The position numbers and the translations under genes were made by a program. Positions 51,546 through 64,000 of a stretch of DNA of 64,000 nt are shown here, one piece after another (position 1 is the stretch's first letter; each line of letters starts with the position of its first letter). The notes under the pieces were generated by a model, which was not told where the DNA came from, did no database searches, and saw nothing but the letters and a program-made list of their open reading frames with translations. This DNA is from Acidimicrobiia bacterium (GTDB lineage: Bacteria; Actinomycetota; Acidimicrobiia; IMCC26256; JBBRZM01), in contig JBBRZM010000001.1 in assembly GCA_038236695.1 (NCBI GenBank), positions 90,430 through 154,429 on the forward strand. Reading direction: 5' to 3'.

Positions 51546-52538
51546 ATGGAACAAGCGCAGGCCCCGGATCGCAACCTCGCGATGGAGCTCGTGCGCGTCA
51601 CAGAAGCCGCGGCGCTCGCCGGCGGCCGGTGGATGGGTCGGGGCGACAAGAACGCCGCCGACGGCGCGGCTGTCGACGCGATGCGGCTCGTGCTCAACGG
51701 CGTCTCGATGGACGGCATCGTCGTGATCGGAGAGGGCGAGAAAGACGAAGCGCCGATGCTCTACAACGGCGAGGAGATCGGCGATGGCACGCCACCGCAG
51801 GTCGACATCGCGGTCGATCCAATCGACGGCACCACGCTGACCTCGCTCGGCCGTCCCAACGCGATCGCGGTGATCGCGGTCGCGGAGCGGGGCACGATGT
51901 TCGATCCCGGCCCGTGCGTCTACATGGAGAAGATCGCGGTCGGCGCCGAGGCGAGTGACGCAATCGACCTCGACGCGTCGGTCACCGACAATCTTCATTC
52001 GGTGGCGAAAGCGCTCGGCGAAGACGTCGACGACATCACGGCCGTCATCCTCGACCGGCCCCGCCACACCGAGATCATCAAAGAGTGCCGTGAAGCGGGC
52101 GCTCGGATCCGTCTCATTCCCGACGGCGATGTGGCCGGAGCGATCTCGACCGCGTGGTCAGAGAGTGGCGCCAACATCCTCTTCGGCATCGGGGGCACGC
52201 CCGAAGGTGTGATCGCAGCGTGCGCCCTCAAGGCGCTCGGGGGCGCGATGCAAGGTCGGCTCTGGCCGCGCGACGACGAAGAGCGCGCCGCCGCGCTCGA
52301 TGCCGGCTATGACCTCGATCGAGTGCTCTCCATCGACGATCTCGTCTCCGGCGACGACGTGTTCTTCGCGGCCACCGGCATCACCGATGGCGAGCTGCTC
52401 AAAGGCGTGCGGTACTGGGGGGACGGCGCAAGCACCCAATCCCTCGTGATGCGGTCGAAGTCGGGCACGATTCGCAAGGTTGACGCAACCCACCGTTGGC
52501 AGAAGCTCATGCGCTACTCGAGCGTGAAGTTCGACTGA
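51546..52538 (+). CDS. glpX: class II fructose-1,6-bisphosphatase
   Basis: [40 protein letters not shown]. Confidence 0.96.
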   Translation: MEQAQAPDRNLAMELVRVTEAAALAGGRWMGRGDKNAADGAAVDAMRLVLNGVSMDGIVVIGEGEKDEAPMLYNGEEIGDGTPPQVDIAVDPIDGTTLTSLGRPNAIAVIAVAERGTMFDPGPCVYMEKIAVGAEASDAIDLDASVTDNLHSVAKALGEDVDDITAVILDRPRHTEIIKECREAGARIRLIPDGDVAGAISTAWSESGANILFGIGGTPEGVIAACALKALGGAMQGRLWPRDDEERAAALDAGYDLDRVLSIDDLVSGDDVFFAATGITDGELLKGVRYWGDGASTQSLVMRSKSGTIRKVDATHRWQKLMRYSSVKFD

Positions 52539-52563
52539 GTTCCGGCCGATATATCGAGTCGAC

Positions 52564-52755
52564 CTAGCGGCGGGCCGTGATCGTTCTCAGCTGCGGCCAT
52601 GCCGCTGTGCGCGTGGTGTTGAAGTCGTACAGCGACCAGCCGATCGAGCGCGTCGTCCAGACCGATCTGCGCAAGCCCTCGACGTCGCCCGGCGTGGTCA
52701 CGTCCGCGATGCCGCCGATCACGTGTACGAGAGCAAACGGACTGCGCGCGGCCCT
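52564..52755 (-). pseudogene. orphan C-terminal gene fragment in frame after the atpC stop
   Basis: 63 open codons reading ...LVHVIGGIAD...IGWSLYDFNTTRTAAWPQLR...; protein-like composition. Confidence 0.45.
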
Positions 52756-53150
52756 CTAGCGCGAGCTACTGCCGACTTCGAGTCTCAGGTCGGCACGGGC
52801 GAGAGCGGCATTCTGCTCGTCAGTGACGTCGCCGGCACGTACGGCCCGGTCAACCCGCTCTTTGGCGGCACGGGCGCGGTCGATGTCGATCTGCTGAGGC
52901 AGCTCCGCGACATCGGAGAGGATGACGACCCGGTCGTCGCGCACCTCGACGAAACCGCCGTGCACAGCCGCGACCTCTTCGCTTCCATCGGCCAGCTTCG
53001 CCCGCACCTTGGCGATGCCGAGCGCGCCGGCGAACGGCTCGTGGCCGGGGAGGAACGCAATCTCGCCGTCGGACGTGCGGCACACGACCATCTCGGCCTC
53101 ACCCGAGTACAGCACCGCCTCCGGCGACACGACCTCAACCTTTAACGGCA

Positions 53151-53151
<1 letters not shown>
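52756..53151 (-). CDS. atpC: ATP synthase F1 epsilon
   Basis: VVSPE, GEIAFLPGH, GGFVEV; operon position. Confidence 0.95.
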
Positions 53152-55593
<2,442 letters not shown>

Positions 55594-55594
<1 letters not shown>

Positions 55595-55815
55595 TACATT
55601 CGCTCGCTCGCTGCGGGGCGGGATACCCGCCCCGCGGGCGCTCGCTCGCTGGCGAGCTCACTGCGCTCGCTCCGCTCGCTTCGTTCGCCGCGTGGCTGCA
55701 AGCGTCGTGGAGTCGCTTGGCTCGCTGCGGGGCGGGATACCCGCCCCGCGGGCGCTCGCTCGCTGGCGAGCTCACTGCGCTCGCTCCGCTCGCTTCGTTC
55801 GCCGCGTGGCTGCAT
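55594..55815 (-). repeat. palindromic intergenic repeat, two tandem copies (114-bp period), carrying a 73-aa mini-ORF
   Basis: 55606-55700 identical to 55720-55814; hairpin GCGGGGCGGG-ATA-CCCGCCCCGC; mini-ORF TAA overlaps atpG ATG. Confidence 0.9.
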
Positions 55816-55826
55816 CAGATCCACAC

Positions 55827-57413
<1,587 letters not shown>

Positions 57414-57944
57414 CTAGATCTGCTCCTTCAATTGATCGAGGCGATGACGCACCGTGCCGTCGATGACGGTGTCGCCGACACGGGCGACGAGACCGCCGAG
57501 CACGCTGGGATCGACGATCACCTTTACCTCGATGTTCTTGCCCGTGGCGCGGCTGAGTGCGTCGGCGAGGCGCGTGCACTGCTCCTCGTCGAGCGGCACC
57601 GCGCTACGCACTTCGGCAACCTCGTGTTGGCGCTCCGCTGCCGCGAGCTCCACGAACCGGTCGACGATCTCGGCCAGGTCGCTGATCCGACCCGCGCTCA
57701 CGACCAGGTTGACGAGCGCGACGCTCGCAGGCAGCGCCTTGCCGCCCATCAGCTCGTCGACCACCGCGACCCGACGCTCGAGCGGCAGCGCGGGGTCGGT
57801 GAGCGCCATACGCAAATCGTCGGCGCCCTCGTACGTGCGCGCGAAACGGAAGACGTCGTCTTCGATGTCGGCGAGATACCCCTCGGCGCGCGCGACCTCG
57901 AGGAAAGCCCTCGCGTACGCGTCGACTCGAGAAGTGTCGGCCAC
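57414..57944 (-). CDS. atpH: ATP synthase F1 delta
   Basis: YARAF, SAVPL, DPSVLGG..VGDTVIDGT. Confidence 0.95.
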   Translation of the reverse strand: MADTSRVDAYARAFLEVARAEGYLADIEDDVFRFARTYEGADDLRMALTDPALPLERRVAVVDELMGGKALPASVALVNLVVSAGRISDLAEIVDRFVELAAAERQHEVAEVRSAVPLDEEQCTRLADALSRATGKNIEVKVIVDPSVLGGLVARVGDTVIDGTVRHRLDQLKEQI

Positions 57945-58484
57945 CTAGTTGCTTCCCACGCTGTTGATGTAGCTCTCGATGAGCGCGTGCTGCGTCTCGC
58001 GGTCGAGGTTGCGCTCCACTACTTTCTCGGCCAGCTCGATCGACAGCTGCGCGACCCGGTTCTGCAGATCGGCCATCGCCCGCTCAGCCGCGAGCTGGAT
58101 GTCATGGCCCGCCTGCTCACGGGCAAGGCGAGCGTCCTCTTCGGCCTTGCGCATCAGATCCTGGCGCACTTGGTCCGCGGCCTGACGCGCCTCTTCGATG
58201 ATGCGACCGGCCTCGCTGCGGGCTTCGGCCAGCTGACGCTTGTAGCCCTCGAGCGCCTGCTCAGCTTCCGTGCGCGACGCCTCCGCTGCTTCGAGATCGG
58301 CGCGGATGTGGTCTTCGCGTGCCTTCAGCGCCTTCTTGATTGCCGGGAACGCCAGCCACGCGAGCACAACGAAGATGATGACGAAACCCACGAATGCCCA
58401 GAGGATCTCTTTGCCCTCCGGAAGGATCGGGTTTCTGGCCTTCACTTCGACGCCGACAACGGCGGCCTGCAACAGCCCGTACAT
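57945..58484 (-). CDS. atpF: ATP synthase F0 b
   Basis: TM helix plus long coiled coil; operon position. Confidence 0.93.
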   Translation of the reverse strand: MYGLLQAAVVGVEVKARNPILPEGKEILWAFVGFVIIFVVLAWLAFPAIKKALKAREDHIRADLEAAEASRTEAEQALEGYKRQLAEARSEAGRIIEEARQAADQVRQDLMRKAEEDARLAREQAGHDIQLAAERAMADLQNRVAQLSIELAEKVVERNLDRETQHALIESYINSVGSN

Positions 58485-58493
58485 GAGTTGCTC

Positions 58494-59523
<1,030 letters not shown>

Positions 59524-59534
59524 GAGTCGCTCCT

Positions 59535-59948
59535 CTATCTCTTCGCCGGCTTGAGGCCGGGCGCAGCAAGGGACAGGCCGACGTGGCGCGACTCCCAGAT
59601 CAGGAGCCCGAGGTGCGCGAACGCGATCGTGATCACGAGCGGCGGCACGTCGATGAACGGGAGAGGCTGGAGGAGCAGCACGATGCCGAGTAGCGCCGCA
59701 AGCCGCACGAGGTAGCCGCCGAGCACGACGGCTTGCACGGCCGCGAGCGAGCGTCGCGATGCCCACGTGATGAGCCAGGCGGCAACGCGGAAGTTGAGCG
59801 CGACCAGCGCCAAGCCGATCGTCACACTCACCGCACCATCGATCCCACGGATCAGCCCGCCGGCAAGGATCACAATCGGGGCGACGAGTGCGGCGCGCCG
59901 GGCGAGATCGCGCGCGATGTCACCCTCATACGCTCGGGACGGTTTCAC
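59535..59948 (-). CDS. atpI: ATP synthase protein I
   Basis: About four TM helices, position before atpB, GTGA overlap with upstream gene. Confidence 0.75.
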   Translation of the reverse strand: MKPSRAYEGDIARDLARRAALVAPIVILAGGLIRGIDGAVSVTIGLALVALNFRVAAWLITWASRRSLAAVQAVVLGGYLVRLAALLGIVLLLQPLPFIDVPPLVITIAFAHLGLLIWESRHVGLSLAAPGLKPAKR

Positions 59949-60235
59949 GGACGGCGTTGTGTCCACGGCTTGCCCTCGTTGGCTCGCTCGATCTGCTGCA
60001 CATAGCGGAAGTACTGGGCGACGCCCACGCCGATGATCCCGAACAGCGACAGCGCCACAGTGAGCACGCTGCCGGTGCCGAACCGGCTGTCGAGATACCA
60101 CCCCAGGAGACCGAGCAGGAGCGGCGCAACCACGAACTCGAGGGCTTGTGAGAGGCCGTCGCTGCTGCCCCGCTGCCACACCGGCCGCCGCCTCTCGACT
60201 TTCACCCCGAGTCTCTCCAAACCGCGCCGTGTCAC
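59945..60235 (-). CDS. AtpZ/AtpI family protein
   Basis: GWYLDSRFGT motif, two TM helices. Confidence 0.75.
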   Translation of the reverse strand: MTRRGLERLGVKVERRRPVWQRGSSDGLSQALEFVVAPLLLGLLGWYLDSRFGTGSVLTVALSLFGIIGVGVAQYFRYVQQIERANEGKPWTQRRP

Positions 60236-60249
60236 GACTCCGAAGCCGC

Positions 60250-60267
60250 TTGTGAATGCATTCCCAA
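60250..60267. promoter_or_regulatory. Rex-type operator
   Basis: TTGTGAA-TGCA-TTCCCAA, one mismatch to TTGTGAA-N4-TTCACAA. Confidence 0.7.
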
Positions 60268-60295
60268 TTTAGAGGACGGCGTTTCCGACGGTCAA
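60266..60295 (-). promoter_or_regulatory. atp operon promoter
   Basis: TTGACC (60295-60290), N18, TAAATT (60271-60266). Confidence 0.6.
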
Positions 60296-60324
60296 ACCGA
60301 GGCCGCGGCAGGCGAGATGTCCGT

Positions 60325-61542
60325 TCAGCCCGGCCATCGGTCTGCGGCGCGACGCCGCGCCTCGAAGTCGACGACCGCGTCGCCCGTCGTGGCCGCGGCC
60401 GCGGCGTCGAGCTCCCCGGGTGCTGCCTCCGGGACGGCGAGCGACGGGTGGTTCGAGCGCACGCCGGGGTGGAAGTAGACGTACAGCAGCAGACCCAGCG
60501 CGGCGACGCCGACGGGGACGAGCGCGTTGCCGTGGTTCGTGTACGTAGGTATCAGGACCATCCCCGACAGCAGCGCGGTCCACAGCCAAAGGATTACGAC
60601 GGTGCGCCGGGGCCCATGGCCCAGCCGCATCAATCGGTGATGCAAGTGGTCCTTGTCGGCCACGTGAAATGCCTGGCGCCGCGCGACGCGGCGGAGAAAC
60701 GAGAACGCGGTGTCGACGATCGGCACGCCGAGGATCAGCACGGGGATGAACAGCGGCGCGAAGAAGAAATAGGTCTGGCCGCTGAACTGGTCGGCGGTGC
60801 GGCCGCCGACTGTGATCGTCATCGTGGCCATGAGCAGCCCGAGGAACATCGCTCCCGCGTCGCCCATGAAGATGCGCGCCGGGTTGAAGTTGTGGGGCAG
60901 AAAACCGATGCAGACGCCCACCGCGATGACCGCGACCAGCGGCGCGATGTTGGAGCCCTCGAGCAAGCCGGCTTTGAACAGCCGATCCGAGTAGAGGAAC
61001 AGCGCCGCGCCCGCGATCGCCACGATGCCTGCCGCGAGACCGTCGAGGCCGTCGATGAGATTGAGCGCGTTGGCCATGAGGACAACGGTCACGACCGTGA
61101 CGAGCGGCGCGAGGTCGGCCGACAGCACCACGTAGTCGTAACTGGCGAACGGCACCCGGAAATAGAGCATCGACACGCCGAACAACGACAGGATCCCACC
61201 CGCGAGCACCATGCCGGCGACCTTCGTCGGCGGCGAAACCTCGCGCAGGTCGTCAACTGCGCCGACCACGAAGATCACCGCGGCCGCGAGCATCAACCCG
61301 AGTGGCTCCGATGAGCCGTGGAACATGGCGTGAAACTGCGGGATCTGCGAGGCGACCGCCATCGCCGCGAGGAACGCCGCGAACATCGCCGCGCCGCCCA
61401 GTGACGGTGTCGGCAGCGCGTGCACACTGCGCGGCCCTGGGTGCGACACCGCGCCGATCCGCTTGGCGACGATGCGCACGATGAAGGTCAAGAGAAACGT
61501 CGTGACCGCGGCGACGCCGAGCACGATCCCGTAACCGGCCAT
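60325..61542 (-). CDS. undecaprenyl-phosphate GlcNAc-1-phosphate transferase (WecA/TagO-like)
   Basis: GAVDD, NLIDGLDGL, NFNPARIFMGDAG, DKDHLHHRL. Confidence 0.92.
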   Translation of the reverse strand: MAGYGIVLGVAAVTTFLLTFIVRIVAKRIGAVSHPGPRSVHALPTPSLGGAAMFAAFLAAMAVASQIPQFHAMFHGSSEPLGLMLAAAVIFVVGAVDDLREVSPPTKVAGMVLAGGILSLFGVSMLYFRVPFASYDYVVLSADLAPLVTVVTVVLMANALNLIDGLDGLAAGIVAIAGAALFLYSDRLFKAGLLEGSNIAPLVAVIAVGVCIGFLPHNFNPARIFMGDAGAMFLGLLMATMTITVGGRTADQFSGQTYFFFAPLFIPVLILGVPIVDTAFSFLRRVARRQAFHVADKDHLHHRLMRLGHGPRRTVVILWLWTALLSGMVLIPTYTNHGNALVPVGVAALGLLLYVYFHPGVRSNHPSLAVPEAAPGELDAAAAATTGDAVVDFEARRRAADRWPG

Positions 61543-61673
61543 TACAGGCGCTCGCTCGCTGCGGGGCGGGATACCCACCCCGCGGGCGCTCGCTCACTGG
61601 CGAGCTCGCTCCGCTCGCCGCGTGACTGCAAGCGTCGTGGAGTCGCTTGGCTCGGGAACTTCGGATTTGGCAT
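61542..61673 (-). repeat. third copy of the intergenic repeat, with 43-aa mini-ORF
   Basis: Same element as at 55.6 kb; ATG overlaps glyA TGA (TGATG) and TAA overlaps the wecA-like ATG (TAATG). Confidence 0.9.
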
Positions 61674-62938
61674 CAGCTCGCGAGGTCGGGGTAGGGGGTG
61701 AACTTGGAGCAGAGCAGCGCGGCGTCGTCGCGGACTTCGCCGACGACTTGCTCATCTGCCTCGCCGCCGGCGACCGAGCGCAGCGTGCGCGCGATGAGCT
61801 GCGCGATCTCGGCCATCTCCGGCTCGGCCATGCCTGCAGTCGTCACCGCCGCCGTACCCAGCCGCAGGCCGCTCGTGACGAACGGCTTCTCGGGATCGTT
61901 GGGGATCGTGTTCATGTTGCAGGTGATACCGGCGCGATCGAGCACCTGCTGTGCGACCTTGCCGGTGACACCGAACGGACGCAGGTCGACGAGCATGAGG
62001 TGATTGTCGGTGCCGCCCGACACGATCCGGAAGCCCTCCCCGGCCAGCGCGTCGGCGAGCGCTCGCGCGTTGCGCACGATTGCGGCGGCGTAGTCGCGGA
62101 ACCCGGGCAGCGCGGCCTCGTGGAACGCCACGGCCTTGGCTGCGATCACGTGCATCAACGGACCGCCCTGCAAACCCGGGAACACGGCTTTGTCGATCGC
62201 CGCCGCGTACTCCTTGCGACACACGATGCAGCCGGCACGCGGCCCACGGAGGGTCTTGTGCGTGGTGAACGTGACGACGTCGGCGTACGGCACCGGCGAC
62301 GGATGCACACCGCCCGCAACGAGGCCGGCGATATGGGCGGCGTCGACGATCAGGAGCGCGTCGATCTCGTCGGCGATCGAGCGGAACGCCTCGAAGTCGA
62401 TCACCCGTGGATACGCGGTCGCGCCGGCGATGATGGCCTTGGGTCGCTCCGCGAGCGCGACTCGGCGCAACTCGTCGTAGTCGAGCGTCTCGGTTTCCGC
62501 GTCGACGCCGTACGCGACAAAGTCGTAGAGCCGGCCGCTGAAGTTGACCGGCGAACCGTGGGTGAGGTGGCCGCCCTGATCGAGCCGCATGCCCATCACC
62601 TTGTCGCCCGGATCGAGCAGCGCGAGGTAGACGGCCATGTTGGCGCTGGCGCCCGAGTGGGGCTGGACGTTCGCATGTTCGGCATCGAACAGCGCACACG
62701 CGCGCGTGCGCGCCAGCTCCTCGGCCTCGTCGACCACCGCGTTGCCGCCGTAGTAGCGCTTCCCCGGGTAGCCCTCGGAGTACTTGTTGGTCAGCACCGA
62801 GCCCTGTGCGGCCATGACCGCGGGCGACGTGAAGTTCTCCGACGCGATGAGCTGAATCGTGGTGTTCTGCCGCTCGATCTCACGACGGATGATGTCGGCG
62901 ATGGTCGGATCGGTCTGCGAGATCGGGTCAGCGGTCAT
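61673..62938 (-). CDS. glyA: serine hydroxymethyltransferase
   Basis: [33 protein letters not shown]. Confidence 0.97.
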   Translation of the reverse strand: MTADPISQTDPTIADIIRREIERQNTTIQLIASENFTSPAVMAAQGSVLTNKYSEGYPGKRYYGGNAVVDEAEELARTRACALFDAEHANVQPHSGASANMAVYLALLDPGDKVMGMRLDQGGHLTHGSPVNFSGRLYDFVAYGVDAETETLDYDELRRVALAERPKAIIAGATAYPRVIDFEAFRSIADEIDALLIVDAAHIAGLVAGGVHPSPVPYADVVTFTTHKTLRGPRAGCIVCRKEYAAAIDKAVFPGLQGGPLMHVIAAKAVAFHEAALPGFRDYAAAIVRNARALADALAGEGFRIVSGGTDNHLMLVDLRPFGVTGKVAQQVLDRAGITCNMNTIPNDPEKPFVTSGLRLGTAAVTTAGMAEPEMAEIAQLIARTLRSVAGGEADEQVVGEVRDDAALLCSKFTPYPDLAS

Positions 62939-63401
62939 CGCGGCGCCTCCTGCTCTTCGTGTCTTCGTGCTCGATCGCCGCGATCTTCTCGACCCGCCGG
63001 GCGTGGCGGCCACCTTCGGGCTCAGCGGCGAGGTACGCACGGACCGCGTCATCGACGGTCTGCTCGCCGAGGAATCTCGCACCGAAGCAGCACACGTTGG
63101 CCGCGTTGTGCTCGCAAGCGAGCCGCGCCGACGTGACGTCATGCGCGACGGCCGCACGCACCCCACGCACCTTGTTGGCCGCGATGGCCACACCATTGCC
63201 GCTGCCGCACGCGAGCACGCCTCGGTCGGCGTCACCGGCGACGACTGCACGCCCGACGCGGACCGCGAAGTCGGGATAGTCGACCGATTCCTCGGAGTCG
63301 GTGCCGTAATCGATCACGTCGTGACCGTCACTCTTCAGGAGCTGTCCGAGGTGCTCCTTGAGCCGGTACCCCGCGTGGTCCGAGCCGATGGCGAGCTTCA
63401 T
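62928..63401 (-). CDS. rpiB: ribose-5-phosphate isomerase B
   Basis: GSDHAG, DYPD, CGSGNG, ANKV, HNAAN, GGRHARR. Confidence 0.95.
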   Translation of the reverse strand: MKLAIGSDHAGYRLKEHLGQLLKSDGHDVIDYGTDSEESVDYPDFAVRVGRAVVAGDADRGVLACGSGNGVAIAANKVRGVRAAVAHDVTSARLACEHNAANVCCFGARFLGEQTVDDAVRAYLAAEPEGGRHARRVEKIAAIEHEDTKSRRRRDDR

Positions 63402-63515
63402 CGAGCGGCACCTCCGGGACGGCGAAGAATCCCGCCCAGACTACCGGGCCGACCCGCGATCGCCGGTCTCGTTCACCGTTCCGGAAGGTCCCACGGCGCA
63501 TGCGAGACTTCTCCC

Positions 63516-64000
63516 ATGCATCGCCCGACCGCTGCGGCCCGCGCGCCCGTTTACGCCCCGGCAGCCGGCAACCGCACCGTCGTGCTGCAGTTCGGACCCG
63601 CGATCGGCACGCACGGCGGCATGGCGAGCGTGCTCGAGTCGTACGCGCGCTTGCCGCTCTCACGGGTTCGATTCGAGTTCGTGCCCACGTGGGCGCCCGA
63701 CGCGTTCGCCTGGGGAGCCCGGCTGCTCGCGGGCGCCGCTCGCAGACTGCAGCGGGCGGAAACGTCGACGACGATCGCCCACGTGCACCTCTCCCAGCGC
63801 GGATCGTTCGTCCGCGAGGGCCTGCTCGTGGCGCTCGCCCGTCGACGCGGCATCCCAGTGGTCGTGTCCCTCCACGGCGGAAACATGGCCGAGTTCGCCG
63901 AACGCCACCCACGACTCGTGGGCCGGGTGCTCAGTGCCGCCGACGCCGTGATCGCGCTCGGCCCCACGACCGAGGAGCTGGCCCGCCGATACGCATCCCC
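63516..64000 (+). CDS. GT4 glycosyltransferase, N-terminal part (runs off window)
   Basis: Own translation: ...VLQFGP..HGGMASVLESY...AHVHLSQRGSFVREG...VSLHGG. Confidence 0.7.
   Translation, partial: MHRPTAAARAPVYAPAAGNRTVVLQFGPAIGTHGGMASVLESYARLPLSRVRFEFVPTWAPDAFAWGARLLAGAARRLQRAETSTTIAHVHLSQRGSFVREGLLVALARRRGIPVVVSLHGGNMAEFAERHPRLVGRVLSAADAVIALGPTTEELARRYAS

Noticed and set aside
52577-52759. 60-aa plus-strand ORF after glpX
   Set aside because: No RBS or motif; the opposite strand looks more protein-like.
55606-55814. Repeat as a CRISPR array or autonomous IS
   Set aside because: The linker is shared with copy 3 so it is not a unique spacer; there is no transposase and no clear target duplication.

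Overview
High-GC (roughly 70% by eye) actinobacterial chromosome segment; gene content and style suggest Acidimicrobiia (inference). Mostly housekeeping genes: manB, two large membrane glycosylation proteins, ftsH, F420 biosynthesis (cofD, cofE, stand-alone nitroreductase), a cell-wall sugar operon (LCP-rmlB-rmlD-ugd-uxs-GT2-wbbL-like-hypothetical-manC-galE-like), pabB/pabC-like, birA/accA, lpdA-like, meaB, nifU-like, murA, a class III cyclase, an S9 peptidase, a GT4/methyltransferase/prenyltransferase-like/methyltransferase cluster, a sortase F plus ice-binding (DUF3494) cassette, an isobutyryl-CoA-mutase-like large subunit, glpX, the complete atp operon with a Rex-like operator, wecA-like, glyA and rpiB. 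No rRNA, tRNA, CRISPR array or transposase was seen. Most unusual signals: (1) a palindromic intergenic repeat family (three copies, two loci) carrying a frame-conserved mini-ORF whose stop codon overlaps the next gene's start, resembling mycobacterial MIRUs; (2) a candidate ~55-nt promoter-hairpin-U9 small RNA or attenuator divergent from ftsH; (3) a sortase-anchored ice-binding protein; (4) several small or fragmentary genes not resolved by the ORF track. Family assignments come from motif recognition only; no database search was run.
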